64,000 bases of DNA from an uncultured virus (IMG/VR IMGVR_UViG_3300018478_000073) (lineage: Duplodnaviria; Heunggongvirae; Uroviricota; Caudoviricetes). The DNA lies in the IMG/VR virus record IMGVR_UViG_3300018478_000073, one strand, 5' to 3'. The notes under the pieces are model-generated. The model searched no databases. It had not been told where the DNA came from and was given only the letters and a program-made list of their open reading frames with translations. Every line of letters begins with the position of its first letter. The first letter of the stretch is position 1. Positions 39,512 to 49,633 of this stretch are shown piece after piece. The translations under genes were made by a program, and so were the position numbers.

Positions 39512-40057
39512 ATGAGAAAACGTAGTTTTTGGTGGCTTATACCTGTATTTCTGATATTAGTTTGGTGGTTTTGTTTCGGTGTTGTGTACACAGCAGGTTA
39601 TTCAATGTACCCTACAGTAAACAATAAAGAAGTATTACTTGTATCAAAGGTAAAAAAGCCTAGCCAAGGTGACATAGTAACAATATATTCAGACAAGTTG
39701 GGTAAGTACCTATGCAAAAGGGTAATAGGGGTGTCTGGTGATGAGATAGAAATACGAGATGGTATTGTTTATAGAAACGGTAAAAAACTTGTTGAGAGTT
39801 ACAATGAAGATACTGAGACAAATGGAACTTGGAAAGTAGGTGCTAATGAGTTATTTGTTTTAGGTGATAACAGGAATAACAGTACAGATTCACGTAATTT
39901 AGGAGTATTACAGGAAAGTAACCTACAGGGGGTAGTAATATTAAAGACAGGCATAACAAAGGGGGTATTTAATATTATTTTATTGATTTTAATACTTTCG
40001 TTGTTAGTACTCTGTCAAAGTCCAAGAAAACGTGGAAGGAAAAGGAATCGAAGCTAA
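39512..40057 (+). CDS. lepB: Signal peptidase I
   Basis: SMYPT (catalytic Ser), KRVIG (catalytic Lys), GDNRNNSTDSR. Confidence 0.92.
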   Translation: MRKRSFWWLIPVFLILVWWFCFGVVYTAGYSMYPTVNNKEVLLVSKVKKPSQGDIVTIYSDKLGKYLCKRVIGVSGDEIEIRDGIVYRNGKKLVESYNEDTETNGTWKVGANELFVLGDNRNNSTDSRNLGVLQESNLQGVVILKTGITKGVFNIILLILILSLLVLCQSPRKRGRKRNRS

Positions 40058-40064
40058 TTATGTA

Positions 40065-40093
40065 TTGACATAGTACAATCTATATGTTATACT
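40065..40093 (+). promoter_or_regulatory. SigA promoter
   Basis: TTGACA-17-TATACT, TG extension. Confidence 0.75.
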
Positions 40094-40208
40094 ACTGTAT
40101 GTAACATAGGTACTACAAATAGATAGCTATGCCAGAAAAGAATAATAGATAGTAACACTCAGATAGTATATTATTTGAGTGTTATTTTTATTTAAGGGGG
40201 TATTTATA

Positions 40209-40496
40209 ATGATATTATATGAACTTGAGGTAAGAACAGATTGCCTATTATTGTCTGAAAGGAGTGTAGAGGTTGAATATATCGATACTGCAACTTTGCT
40301 TGTCGATAATAATATGTACATTAAGCCGAATGTTCCATATAGAGTCAATGCAGGTGCGGTAGTACTATATGATAAGGAAGTGGACAGAGTAACGGTGGGT
40401 AACTTGTTGAAGCGGTTTTTACTTGATTCCATGATAAAAGATGAACTTAACATAAAGAGTCTTAGGGGGATTTTAGAGAACTTGGAGGTAGTATAA
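40209..40496 (+). CDS. Hypothetical protein
   Basis: GGGGGT RBS before ATG 40209. Confidence 0.6.
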   Translation: MILYELEVRTDCLLLSERSVEVEYIDTATLLVDNNMYIKPNVPYRVNAGAVVLYDKEVDRVTVGNLLKRFLLDSMIKDELNIKSLRGILENLEVV

Positions 40497-42469
40497 TGGA
40501 TGGGTATTTCTACATTATAGCGACACTACGCGATGATAAGGCTATACTAGCTTATAGGTTATTATCATTAGATGGCAGTGGGATAGTAGACATAAAGAAG
40601 GAATGCATACAGAAGCTAGATAGTAACATATTGTGTGCAAGATATGATAGTGTATATAAATGTATGGTATCTGAAACAGATATTAGTATAGAAAGTTTGC
40701 CAATACTGGGTACAAACAAACTCTTAAAAACAGAAGGGGGTATTGCGATAACCAGTGAGGTATTGGATAAATCTGGTAGTATTATTGGATACACAGTATA
40801 CGATTCATTAGGAACAACAACGAGTGTGTCAATAGATACAATCAAGATGTTAGCAAGAAGGTCTAGATGTATAAACTTTAAAATAGAGTCAGGTTACGGC
40901 AGGGATATTGTAAAGCCGTTAGAAGGGGGTATCTTTTCAAGAAAGGTACTTGATACATACAAAAGAACTAGTTATAGAGATGGAGACAGTATAAATAGGT
41001 CAGAGGTTATTAATCCAGAGTCCATTCCAAAAGTACCAGTATATTCATTAAGTACTGTAAAGTCTACAAGTTTTAATAAGACAGCAAATGAGGCAATGTT
41101 TGATGCTATCGTAGGACTTAAGAAGATGTGTCCTTACTATTATGTTCTTTTACAAACAATAGACAAAAGACCGTGTACGGATGAGGTTTGTGAGACATTT
41201 TGTGTGACTGAGGATAAAATGTATTACAATGTTGGTTTTATGGTATCACTAACTCCTGCTGAGATAAGGTTTGTACTGATACATGAGATTATGCATATTG
41301 CTATGATGCACTCTGCCAGAAAGGGTAATAGAGACGCTTACCTATGGAATGTAGCAACAGATTTGTATATAAATGAAATGATGTTACATGATTTCGACTT
41401 AGTTCCGGGGGTAGAGAAAGAGGTAAACGGTGTAGGTATCTGTGCAATAACAAGTGGATTATACTTTTCAAGAATAGGTGAGGTATGTAACTTATCAAAG
41501 GATTTACCAGAGTTAATATACAAAAGATTGTCAAAGGAGAGCAATAGTGGGGGTAGTTCTACACAATCGGATAGACAAAATAATTCATCAGACAGCCAAA
41601 GTAGTCAGTCAGAAGGCGGTCAGTCTCAAGACGGGGATTATACAGTAAAATATAATGGTAAGGAGTTAGAAGGAGATTGTATTGATACAATCATGTCAAA
41701 TACAGGTAGAGATACGGATGATAAGAAGGAACAGTCAGACGAACAGGCTAAGCAAAAGCTATCAGATATGAATACGAAAAAGCGTATGGTGGAGGAAAAG
41801 ATAGGTAAAGACCTTACCAAGGGTATGTCAGGTGCTGATTTATTACAGAGAATCATCAATTACAACTTAAATGTAACAGTAGACTGGAGAGCTATATTAA
41901 AGAATATAATCCTAGAGAAGCCGAGAAGGAAATATACACTTGCATCACCGAATGAGGCGTACATGAACATGGGAGTAACATTAGCCTCAAGACAAAGAAT
42001 AGGTAAACCAGAAAAGATAAAAAATATTAAGATATGTATTGATATTTCTGGTTCTGTATCCGATACAGAGATATCTAGGTTTTTATCAGAGGTAGCTGGT
42101 ATTTTTGATGCATACGATGCTGATGCTGAATTGGTATATTGGAATACATCTGTATGTGATGCAGGTCTTGTATCTGGAAGAAAAGATTTATCTAGGGTAA
42201 ACTCAAACTGGTCAGGGGGTACTAACGTAAAATGCCTATTTGACTGGTTGGCAGGAAAGACTGAGTCAGTAACAGGTAAGAGGGTAACAGGAAAACCTAG
42301 AGACATTAGGGCAGTAATAATAATTACAGATGGATACTTCGATAAAAACTATGAGGAGTACGAATCCGCATTTGGGAATAAAACTTTGTGGTTAATTGAT
42401 GGGTATGGTGCTACATTTGATTCGTGTTTTGGAAGAGTCGCATCTTTAACTAATGGTGACATTAAATAG
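40496..42469 (+). CDS. DUF2201-type HExxH metallopeptidase-like + VWA domain protein with N-terminal extension
   Basis: HEIMH, WNVATD..IN; VWA motifs IDISGS, GGT, IITDGY. Confidence 0.85.
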   Translation: MDGYFYIIATLRDDKAILAYRLLSLDGSGIVDIKKECIQKLDSNILCARYDSVYKCMVSETDISIESLPILGTNKLLKTEGGIAITSEVLDKSGSIIGYTVYDSLGTTTSVSIDTIKMLARRSRCINFKIESGYGRDIVKPLEGGIFSRKVLDTYKRTSYRDGDSINRSEVINPESIPKVPVYSLSTVKSTSFNKTANEAMFDAIVGLKKMCPYYYVLLQTIDKRPCTDEVCETFCVTEDKMYYNVGFMVSLTPAEIRFVLIHEIMHIAMMHSARKGNRDAYLWNVATDLYINEMMLHDFDLVPGVEKEVNGVGICAITSGLYFSRIGEVCNLSKDLPELIYKRLSKESNSGGSSTQSDRQNNSSDSQSSQSEGGQSQDGDYTVKYNGKELEGDCIDTIMSNTGRDTDDKKEQSDEQAKQKLSDMNTKKRMVEEKIGKDLTKGMSGADLLQRIINYNLNVTVDWRAILKNIILEKPRRKYTLASPNEAYMNMGVTLASRQRIGKPEKIKNIKICIDISGSVSDTEISRFLSEVAGIFDAYDADAELVYWNTSVCDAGLVSGRKDLSRVNSNWSGGTNVKCLFDWLAGKTESVTGKRVTGKPRDIRAVIIITDGYFDKNYEEYESAFGNKTLWLIDGYGATFDSCFGRVASLTNGDIK

Positions 42470-42480
42470 CTGACATAGTA

Positions 42481-42509
42481 TTGACATAATATGATATTTA
42501 TGGTATAAT
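42481..42509 (+). promoter_or_regulatory. SigA promoter
   Basis: TTGACA-17-TATAAT, TG extension. Confidence 0.85.
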
Positions 42510-42543
42510 AGTAACATTGTATTTGAAGGGAGAGTAATTGGTT

Positions 42544-43812
42544 ATGGCAGATAACTTAATGAACGCAAGTAAGAGCAGTATGGTAGATTTTTTTGATGAC
42601 CTTGAGGCAAGACTTTCACTTATTACAGGAATTATTGACCCTAGTGAGGTAGGTCTTACACTTGAGCAGGTGAGAAAGCCGATGTTAGTAATAGGAGACC
42701 CAGGTATTGGTAAGACATGTGGAATTATTTCTATTATTAAGAATTTAAACGAAACAAAGTTAGCAAGTAAAGGTATTCAGTTAGGGTTTAAAAAGATTCT
42801 TCTTGGACAGACAGTAGTTGGTTCTATGTCAGGTATTCCAGTAGTAATGCCAGATGGTTCTGTAAAGCGTGTACAAGTTCCAGATTTACCAGACCCAGAG
42901 CGTGACGGAGAGTATGGGGTATTATTCTTAGATGAGATTACAACAGCAGATGAGGCACAGGTTCAGCCTGCATTAGGATTAGCAGATGACTCAAGAAATA
43001 TTGGTACATACACATTACCAGAGCATTGGTTAGTGGTAGCCGCAGGTAACGGGGCAAACTGTACAAACTTTGTAAGATTGGACGATATGACAATATCACG
43101 TTTTGTTGTTTACGACATTGCATACAACTATCAGACAGACTGGAGACCTTATGCACACAATCATGGTATTGATTCAGACATTATAGCTTTCTTAAATTTC
43201 GAGCCAGACTGTTGTATGAGGGTAGAGTCTACGGATACTGATATATCAGGCAAGCTATTTCCTTGTCCTCGTTCATGGGAGAGATTGAGTAATGAGTTAA
43301 AGATGCGTAAGGCAGTTGGAAAACCAGTGGCGCAACAGGAGATAGACAAATTCGCAGGAAGAATTATTGGTATCAGAGCAGGTAGAAGTTTCCAGTCATT
43401 CACAGCTTATTCAAGTAAGGTAGCCTATGCACCTGAATCCATAGTAGGGGGTACTGAGAGAGACCCTGCTGATGATATCGAGAAGCAGGTGTTTTTCATC
43501 TTACTACAGAGATGCGTGAAGTTGCTTTCAAAAATGTGCGAGGAGAATGATGATGGTAGCGGTGATTTCCCTAGAGAGGTATTTGAATCAGTAGCAAATG
43601 TAGTAAACTGGTTTTTGAAGATGCAGGAAATCGATTTAGAGAGCACAATTACCGCAATAATGTCACTCCAGAAGGACGATAGTAGAATATCTAAGATTAT
43701 TTGTGACCCAGATTTTTCTATTGTATGTCCAGAGCTGGATAATTTCTTTGAAGAGTATTTTGACGTTATATACAGTGCAGGCAGAGACGGAATGTTTAGT
43801 GACGAAATATAG
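42544..43812 (+). CDS. MoxR-like AAA+ ATPase (partner of the VWA protein)
   Basis: GDPGIGKT, LFLDEI, VVAAGN, SRF, PRSW. Confidence 0.85.
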   Translation: MADNLMNASKSSMVDFFDDLEARLSLITGIIDPSEVGLTLEQVRKPMLVIGDPGIGKTCGIISIIKNLNETKLASKGIQLGFKKILLGQTVVGSMSGIPVVMPDGSVKRVQVPDLPDPERDGEYGVLFLDEITTADEAQVQPALGLADDSRNIGTYTLPEHWLVVAAGNGANCTNFVRLDDMTISRFVVYDIAYNYQTDWRPYAHNHGIDSDIIAFLNFEPDCCMRVESTDTDISGKLFPCPRSWERLSNELKMRKAVGKPVAQQEIDKFAGRIIGIRAGRSFQSFTAYSSKVAYAPESIVGGTERDPADDIEKQVFFILLQRCVKLLSKMCEENDDGSGDFPREVFESVANVVNWFLKMQEIDLESTITAIMSLQKDDSRISKIICDPDFSIVCPELDNFFEEYFDVIYSAGRDGMFSDEI

Positions 43813-43822
43813 GGGGTAGGTT

Positions 43823-44737
43823 ATGATGTATGTAGTTATAATTAGAGAAATGAATGGTATATATAGTACTGTTTGTTTAGACTTAAAAATGAATGCTGTA
43901 ATAAAGAGAAGCAACGTTTCTATTGACATGTTGGAATTCATGGTAAGAGGTGGAGCTATACCTTTAAACTTCAAAATAGAAGGGGGTAGGGTTACATCTG
44001 CGTGTGGAAGCTTCAAGAGGTTTGAGCATGGAGGTGTATCACTTGTTGTATTAAAGTCTCTTGTATCAAGGTCAGGTAGGGTAATTGGTTTCAGATGTCT
44101 AAATACAAAGACATTAAAAATAGGTAATACAAGGGTTGAAGAGTTAGTTAATCTACAGTCACGTCAGGGCAGTTATCCAGTATTACAGAATGGTATTATA
44201 AGGAATGGTACTGTAAATTCATATCCGAATTGCCCATTTATAAAAGAGGTAGTAGGTATAAGAAATCCAAGTACACAAAAGGGGGTACGTAATGTAGATT
44301 CAAATAAAGCTGAGGCAGTTTCAAAGAAAAAACTTCCATCTTTTATTGCTGATGAGAGGCTAAGTAATACTCAAAGACGTATTCTTCTAGAGGCAAAGAA
44401 AAGTGGTATGTATGTAGAGGCGTTTAACAATCCAGACATTTCACCAGAAGCTATGAGCTATTACAAAGATGTAATTGTGAGCAAGGAGATTGCAGATGAC
44501 TGTAGAGAAATTATTGCAAATACTAAGTTAAGTGTTCCTCAGATTGATGAGTTGTATCAATGTGCAGTGCTAGGTATTGATTACTCTGATTACAATGATG
44601 AGAATATACCATCTTGGGCAATGAGTGTATTTAGGCAGGAGAAGACAATGGAAATGTGGGGCGATATCTCACATGAGGAAAAGGTAACTGCGGAGTTGCG
44701 AGACAAGTGTATACGGTTAGCTGACACATTAAAATAG
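43823..44737 (+). CDS. Hypothetical protein sharing an N-terminal domain with the VWA protein; C-terminal helical repeats
   Basis: VSIDML...LNFKIEGG vs VSIDTI...INFKIESG; two LSxxQ...G.....N..I...AM repeats. Confidence 0.75.
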   Translation: MMYVVIIREMNGIYSTVCLDLKMNAVIKRSNVSIDMLEFMVRGGAIPLNFKIEGGRVTSACGSFKRFEHGGVSLVVLKSLVSRSGRVIGFRCLNTKTLKIGNTRVEELVNLQSRQGSYPVLQNGIIRNGTVNSYPNCPFIKEVVGIRNPSTQKGVRNVDSNKAEAVSKKKLPSFIADERLSNTQRRILLEAKKSGMYVEAFNNPDISPEAMSYYKDVIVSKEIADDCREIIANTKLSVPQIDELYQCAVLGIDYSDYNDENIPSWAMSVFRQEKTMEMWGDISHEEKVTAELRDKCIRLADTLK

Positions 44738-44762
44738 TAAAGTTAATATATTTTATGAAATT

Positions 44763-44794
44763 AGAGGTATTCGTGAGAGTACCTCTTTCTTATT
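44763..44794 (+). terminator. Intrinsic terminator
   Basis: AGAGGTATTC/GAGTACCTCT + TTCTTATT. Confidence 0.7.
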
Positions 44795-45004
44795 AACACA
44801 TAACAAGTAGTATATGATATACTAATATACCTAATATGCAATTAAATAAGTTACATAGCCTACAAATTATTTAATATTAGGAAAATAAGTGTGGTATATT
44901 TTATATTTTTTAAATGTAATAACTGTATTACCTCTTCTTATTCGAGTATTTTTGAGAATTTCAAAAATTTTACTTGTATTTCTGTTTAAGTATATGAGAA
45001 CCAC

Positions 45005-45033
45005 TTGACAACATATGAGATTTATGTTATAAT
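45005..45033 (+). promoter_or_regulatory. SigA promoter
   Basis: TTGACA-17-TATAAT, TG extension. Confidence 0.85.
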
Positions 45034-45067
45034 ATAGGTATAAATAAAGTAAAGGAGGCATATTAAA

Positions 45068-45265
45068 TTGACACGGTTTCTGTATTTAGTTAATAACGAT
45101 ACCGAGTTTTTAGAGAGGTTAATATTTTACAATAATGAACCGATATTAGTATATAAGAAGGCTAAGTCACGGTTCATACAGTCAAGTCTTTATAAGGAGC
45201 TATTGACTACTGGTATTAGGTTTAAAATTATTTCTCGTAAGGAGGCAGATATTTATGGTATTTAA
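45068..45265 (+). CDS. Hypothetical protein
   Basis: AGGAGG RBS, TTG start. Confidence 0.6.
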   Translation: MTRFLYLVNNDTEFLERLIFYNNEPILVYKKAKSRFIQSSLYKELLTTGIRFKIISRKEADIYGI

Positions 45266-45431
45266 GACAAACACTGGTTGTATTTATTATGTAGACACTG
45301 AAAACAAAATTATCAGTGGTGGGGTATTCGATGTACCTTGTCAGTTTTTGTGTTTAACCGCATACGTAGGAAGTATGGCGCAGGTAAACTTGCTTGACGG
45401 AAGTGCGATTCAACTAGGAGTCGTAGTTTAG
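45255..45431 (+). CDS. 58-aa hypothetical protein (absent from ORF track)
   Basis: AGGAGG RBS; MVFKTNTGCIYYVDTENKIISGG...GVVV*. Confidence 0.65.
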   Translation: MVFKTNTGCIYYVDTENKIISGGVFDVPCQFLCLTAYVGSMAQVNLLDGSAIQLGVVV

Positions 45432-45442
45432 GGGGTATTTCT

Positions 45443-46597
45443 TTGGGTAAGAGATGTAAAGTAGAGGGCAGAAAAAGTTGGACTAAGGCGGATAAGGAAT
45501 TTGTTCTTATAAAATCTAACGGAAGATGCTGTCATTGTGGTAAGAAGCTGTCTATAGATGATGACTTTACATTTGAGCATGTAATTCCGCTATCAAAGGG
45601 TGGTAGTAATAGGCATGAGAATATTGTAGCTCTATGTAAGTCTTGCAACTATGATAAGGCAGATTGTATCGTAGACCCAGACAGATTTTATAAGTACCTA
45701 AGCAATGAGTATTTAAAAGAGGTAGAGCAGTTATATAGAGATTACTGCGATACTTATAGTTATTTCAATTCGCAGAATTTGTTATCTGAGGATATCATAA
45801 CAATAGATACTGTATCACAGATTGTATCTTCTAATCTTTCGTATAGTAGACGTAAGAAGTGTATTACTGGTAGTCACGGTGCTAAGGTTATAAGCAAGAG
45901 CTTCAGAAAAGCAATATACTCAGATTTAGATGATATATACAATTACTACTTACCATCACACAAGAAGGAGGGGGTATCGACATCTACTTTAAAGGAGTGG
46001 ATGAGTATAGTGTTTTTGAGGGGTTGCTTTTATATACTAAGAAATAGGGTAAATGATATAGTAATGGTAATTCCAGTTTTAGTCTGCCACTCAATTTATA
46101 AAGATGTTAGCGGTAATGAGTATGTACCTAGGGTATTCATATACAGGTTTTCATGTAAGTATACGAAGCCAGACTACAGTATTTTACTAGTAAAGTTTCT
46201 ACTAAAATTAGGGGGTAATGTAGCGAAAAACTTAGGCATAAAGGATATAGAGATAAATGCTATAGGTAGCACCTGCGAGGGTACATATATGGACGTAGTT
46301 AAGATAGATTCATCAGGTTACAGAGTTCTAGGTAATTTGACTTTATCTGTATATTTATTTGATGACGTACAGGAAAGGTTAAGAGTTAGTAAAACAAGTT
46401 CTGAGTGGGTAAATAATACCAATTTATGTGTGTATGATAATGATGAGGTATACTCACTTGAAAACAATAAGGACGAAACAAGTAGCTTAAGGTGTAAATT
46501 AGGTAAAATCGATACACTTACTAGCACAGCAATACGCGATTGTGTTAAAAGTAATGTATATTTATCTGAAGACTTTAAAACTCTGGAGGTAAGGTAA
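45443..46597 (+). CDS. HNH endonuclease domain protein
   Basis: CCHCG...EHVIPLSKGGSN...NIVALCKSCN. Confidence 0.85.
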   Translation: MGKRCKVEGRKSWTKADKEFVLIKSNGRCCHCGKKLSIDDDFTFEHVIPLSKGGSNRHENIVALCKSCNYDKADCIVDPDRFYKYLSNEYLKEVEQLYRDYCDTYSYFNSQNLLSEDIITIDTVSQIVSSNLSYSRRKKCITGSHGAKVISKSFRKAIYSDLDDIYNYYLPSHKKEGVSTSTLKEWMSIVFLRGCFYILRNRVNDIVMVIPVLVCHSIYKDVSGNEYVPRVFIYRFSCKYTKPDYSILLVKFLLKLGGNVAKNLGIKDIEINAIGSTCEGTYMDVVKIDSSGYRVLGNLTLSVYLFDDVQERLRVSKTSSEWVNNTNLCVYDNDEVYSLENNKDETSSLRCKLGKIDTLTSTAIRDCVKSNVYLSEDFKTLEVR

Positions 46598-47055
46598 TGG
46601 TAGTTTATTTTGAAAATACACAAGATAATTTATTAAGTGACAAGTACATGTCATTATTTACATTAGACGGCAAGAAATTTTTCTGCGTTTATCAATATAG
46701 GATTTATAGAAAGGCTTTAGCCTTTGGTAATTACTCTTTAGCAAGAAAAGTTTTATCTTGTAAGGATGTAGAAAGTGTAGAGAAAGTTGAAAGAAGGTTA
46801 AGGGTTTCTGATTATGAGAATAAATCTTGGGTAGTTACAGAGAAGTATGTAGAACTAGAGGGGGTACTAAGAAAATTTTTTACAAATAAAAGGTTAGCAT
46901 CTAAGTTAATGAATTATGGTGTAAATGATGTGTTCGCATGTTGTGATAAAAATATTAACATTGGCATAGGAACTAATAAGAAGGTTTGGATAGGTAGTAA
47001 TATTTGTGGACAAGCATTAAGTTTTGTTAGAAAGGAGCTTACATATGGATTTTAG
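46597..47055 (+). CDS. NADAR (YbiA-like) family protein, divergent
   Basis: LLSD.Y...FTLDG..F.CVYQY; KFFTN..L; GIG....W.GSN.CG.AL..VR. Confidence 0.65.
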   Translation: MVVYFENTQDNLLSDKYMSLFTLDGKKFFCVYQYRIYRKALAFGNYSLARKVLSCKDVESVEKVERRLRVSDYENKSWVVTEKYVELEGVLRKFFTNKRLASKLMNYGVNDVFACCDKNINIGIGTNKKVWIGSNICGQALSFVRKELTYGF

Positions 47056-47533
47056 GGTAAGGTTTAATAAACCATATGGAGAGTATGGATATTTATCCAA
47101 TCATTATCTATCAGATATGGAAATAGGGGGTATTAAGTTTGTGAGTGTGTATCAGTACTTATTATATAAGACAGCTATTGAGAATGGTATGCGTAATGTT
47201 GCACGTGAGATACTTAGTACATCCGATGATTTAGAACTGAGGAAATGTTCCTATCGAAATCACCTAAAAGGGGGTACTAAGAAAGCACTGACTTACATGA
47301 CTGATGGAATAAGGTATAAGTTTGAAAGCAATCAGTACCTAATGAAGAAATTTGTTGGTTTGCCAGATAATACAGTATTCTTATATTGTAATTGTGACAG
47401 GGTATTAGGTACTGGTTTATTGGAGACAGAGAGATACTGCATTTATGAGGGTAGTTGGACTGGGCGTAATCTACTTGGAACAATAATGAGTTCATTATTA
47501 CAGGAGTACAAAATGGAGGTAGAAAATGCGTAA
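47045..47533 (+). CDS. NADAR (YbiA-like) family protein
   Basis: YLSNHY, F.SVYQY, KFESN, DRVLGTG, WTGRNLLG.IM. Confidence 0.8.
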   Translation: MDFRVRFNKPYGEYGYLSNHYLSDMEIGGIKFVSVYQYLLYKTAIENGMRNVAREILSTSDDLELRKCSYRNHLKGGTKKALTYMTDGIRYKFESNQYLMKKFVGLPDNTVFLYCNCDRVLGTGLLETERYCIYEGSWTGRNLLGTIMSSLLQEYKMEVENA

Positions 47534-49322
47534 ATTTTTCAAAAAGTACAGAAAAAAGCTGACAATGGTCGTTGTCGGCTTAATTCTATTATACGTATCT
47601 GTAGACTTAACCTTGACTGAGTTAAACAAGCCAATGGTAGTGTCTTACAAGACATTTGAGAAAGACTTAAAGAATGATAAGATAGACACCGTGTATTACA
47701 ATGTAAATTCAGAGTACATGAGGTACACTTTAAAGACTAAAAAGTCAATGAGTCTGTCAGAGGAAGAATCACAAGATTATACAGAGAAAGATAAAAGTAA
47801 GTGGAGGATGACATATTATCCAGCAGACCAAAACTTTAGAAAAGACCTATTAAAGAAGGGGGTAAAGGTTAAAATAGCATCATTTGAGGCAACTTCTATG
47901 GTGATACTGACTGGTGTACTACCACTTTCTGTAGGTGTTTATTTTATCGTTGCGTTGCTTATGATGTTGCGTAGAAGTACAAACCCTACTGGCAGTAAAG
48001 ATGATTTGATACAGACATCTAAGGTAAAATTTAGTGATGTTGTAGGTCACGATGAGATTATTGAGGATATAAGATTTATTGTAAGTTTACTAAGAAACCC
48101 TACCTTAGGTAAGGATTTAGGTATTAAGATACCAAGAGGTATATTATTTACTGGTGAGCCAGGTACAGGTAAAACATTATTAGCTAAGGCTATTGCAGGA
48201 GAGGCAGAAGTACCATTTATATACATAAATGCAAGTAGTTTCGTAGAGATGTATGTAGGGTTAGGAGCAAAGCGTGTGAGAGACGCTTTTAAATTAGCTA
48301 GGAAGCATAAGCCTTGTATAGTATTTATAGACGAGATAGATGCAGTAGGGGGTAGTAGAGGTGATTCTTCATCACACTCAGAGCAGACTCAAACACTTAA
48401 CGCATTACTACAGGAACTTGATGGGTTTAGCACAGAGTCAGGTATAGTTGTAATAGGTGCAACAAACACCCCAGAGAAACTCGATAAGGCTCTGGTAAGA
48501 GCAGGAAGATTCGATAGAAAGGTAGTTATAAGCCCACCTAAAGATTGGAATGCCAGAAAGGCAATATTTGAGCATTATTTGAGAAACAAGCCAGTAAGTA
48601 ATTCGGTAGATATTGATGCAGTTTCAAAACAGGTATCTGGGTTTACTGGTGCTGATATTGAGTCATTAGTAAATGAGGCATGCCTAGTATGCGCCTTAAG
48701 AGGGGGTATTGAGTTAGAAAAGCAAGACTTTGAAGAAGCTATTGATAAGGTAGTATTTAATGGTAACAGAAGTAAAGACCAAAGCAAAGATATGGACAGA
48801 AAGATTATAGCTTATCATGAGGCAGGTCATGCAGTAATGAGTTATCTATGTGGCATACCAATAGCAAGAGCTAGTATCATAGGTACTACAAGTGGAGTAG
48901 GAGGTGCAGTTTTTCAAGAAGATGTAGATAGTCAGTTCTTAACTGACGAGGATTTCATAAAACGTATAAAGATAAGCTATGGGGGTAGAGCATCAGAATA
49001 TATTATATTCGGTAAGGTTACTACAGGTGCATCTAACGATATTACACAGGCTACAAGGTTAATTCAAAGCTATGTACAGAGGTATGGTTTTGATAAAGAC
49101 TTTGGTTTGTTAGACATGGGGGTATTAGACAGGTACATTGATACAAATGAGATAGTATCAAAGTACTCAGAGATAAGTATCAAACTATATAATGATACGG
49201 TTGATACCTTACTTAGCAATAAAAAGTTAATAATCGCACTTGCTGAGGATTTACTTATAAATGAGACATTATCTGGAGATTACATTGAGAACTTGTTTAA
49301 CTCATTGAGAAGTACAAAGTAA
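47526..49322 (+). CDS. ftsH: FtsH ATP-dependent zinc metalloprotease
   Basis: 2 TM; GEPGTGKT, FIDEID, RAGRFDR, HEAGH, GASND. Confidence 0.95.
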   Translation: MRKFFKKYRKKLTMVVVGLILLYVSVDLTLTELNKPMVVSYKTFEKDLKNDKIDTVYYNVNSEYMRYTLKTKKSMSLSEEESQDYTEKDKSKWRMTYYPADQNFRKDLLKKGVKVKIASFEATSMVILTGVLPLSVGVYFIVALLMMLRRSTNPTGSKDDLIQTSKVKFSDVVGHDEIIEDIRFIVSLLRNPTLGKDLGIKIPRGILFTGEPGTGKTLLAKAIAGEAEVPFIYINASSFVEMYVGLGAKRVRDAFKLARKHKPCIVFIDEIDAVGGSRGDSSSHSEQTQTLNALLQELDGFSTESGIVVIGATNTPEKLDKALVRAGRFDRKVVISPPKDWNARKAIFEHYLRNKPVSNSVDIDAVSKQVSGFTGADIESLVNEACLVCALRGGIELEKQDFEEAIDKVVFNGNRSKDQSKDMDRKIIAYHEAGHAVMSYLCGIPIARASIIGTTSGVGGAVFQEDVDSQFLTDEDFIKRIKISYGGRASEYIIFGKVTTGASNDITQATRLIQSYVQRYGFDKDFGLLDMGVLDRYIDTNEIVSKYSEISIKLYNDTVDTLLSNKKLIIALAEDLLINETLSGDYIENLFNSLRSTK

Positions 49323-49356
49323 TTTATAATACTTTAAATAAGTATATGAGAATGTA

Positions 49357-49385
49357 TTGACTTTTATAATATTTTATGGTATAAT
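49357..49385 (+). promoter_or_regulatory. SigA promoter
   Basis: TTGACT-17-TATAAT, TG extension. Confidence 0.8.
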
Positions 49386-49413
49386 TATATTATAAAGTGA
49401 AAGGGGCGGTTAT

Positions 49414-49633
49414 ATGAGTCTATATGGTTATACTGTTTATGGAGATGATTCTTTTTGGTAGCCTGCATACTATCGTAGGTGTACTACAGTCAAGTAGTAT
49501 TGAAGATGCAAAGGAGTTACTAAGAGGTATGTATTCTAAAGATGTTAAGATATCTGGTATCGATGTATACGAGATTCAGTTTGGTAGTGAGGCATCTGTA
49601 CTTACATTATCTGATTCTTGTCAAGATTGGTAG
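49414..49633 (+). pseudogene. Small gene with a probable +1 frameshift in a T run
   Basis: ATG 49414 has good RBS spacing but stops after 15 aa; removing one T from 49452-49456 joins it to the 49424..49633 frame. Confidence 0.45.
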
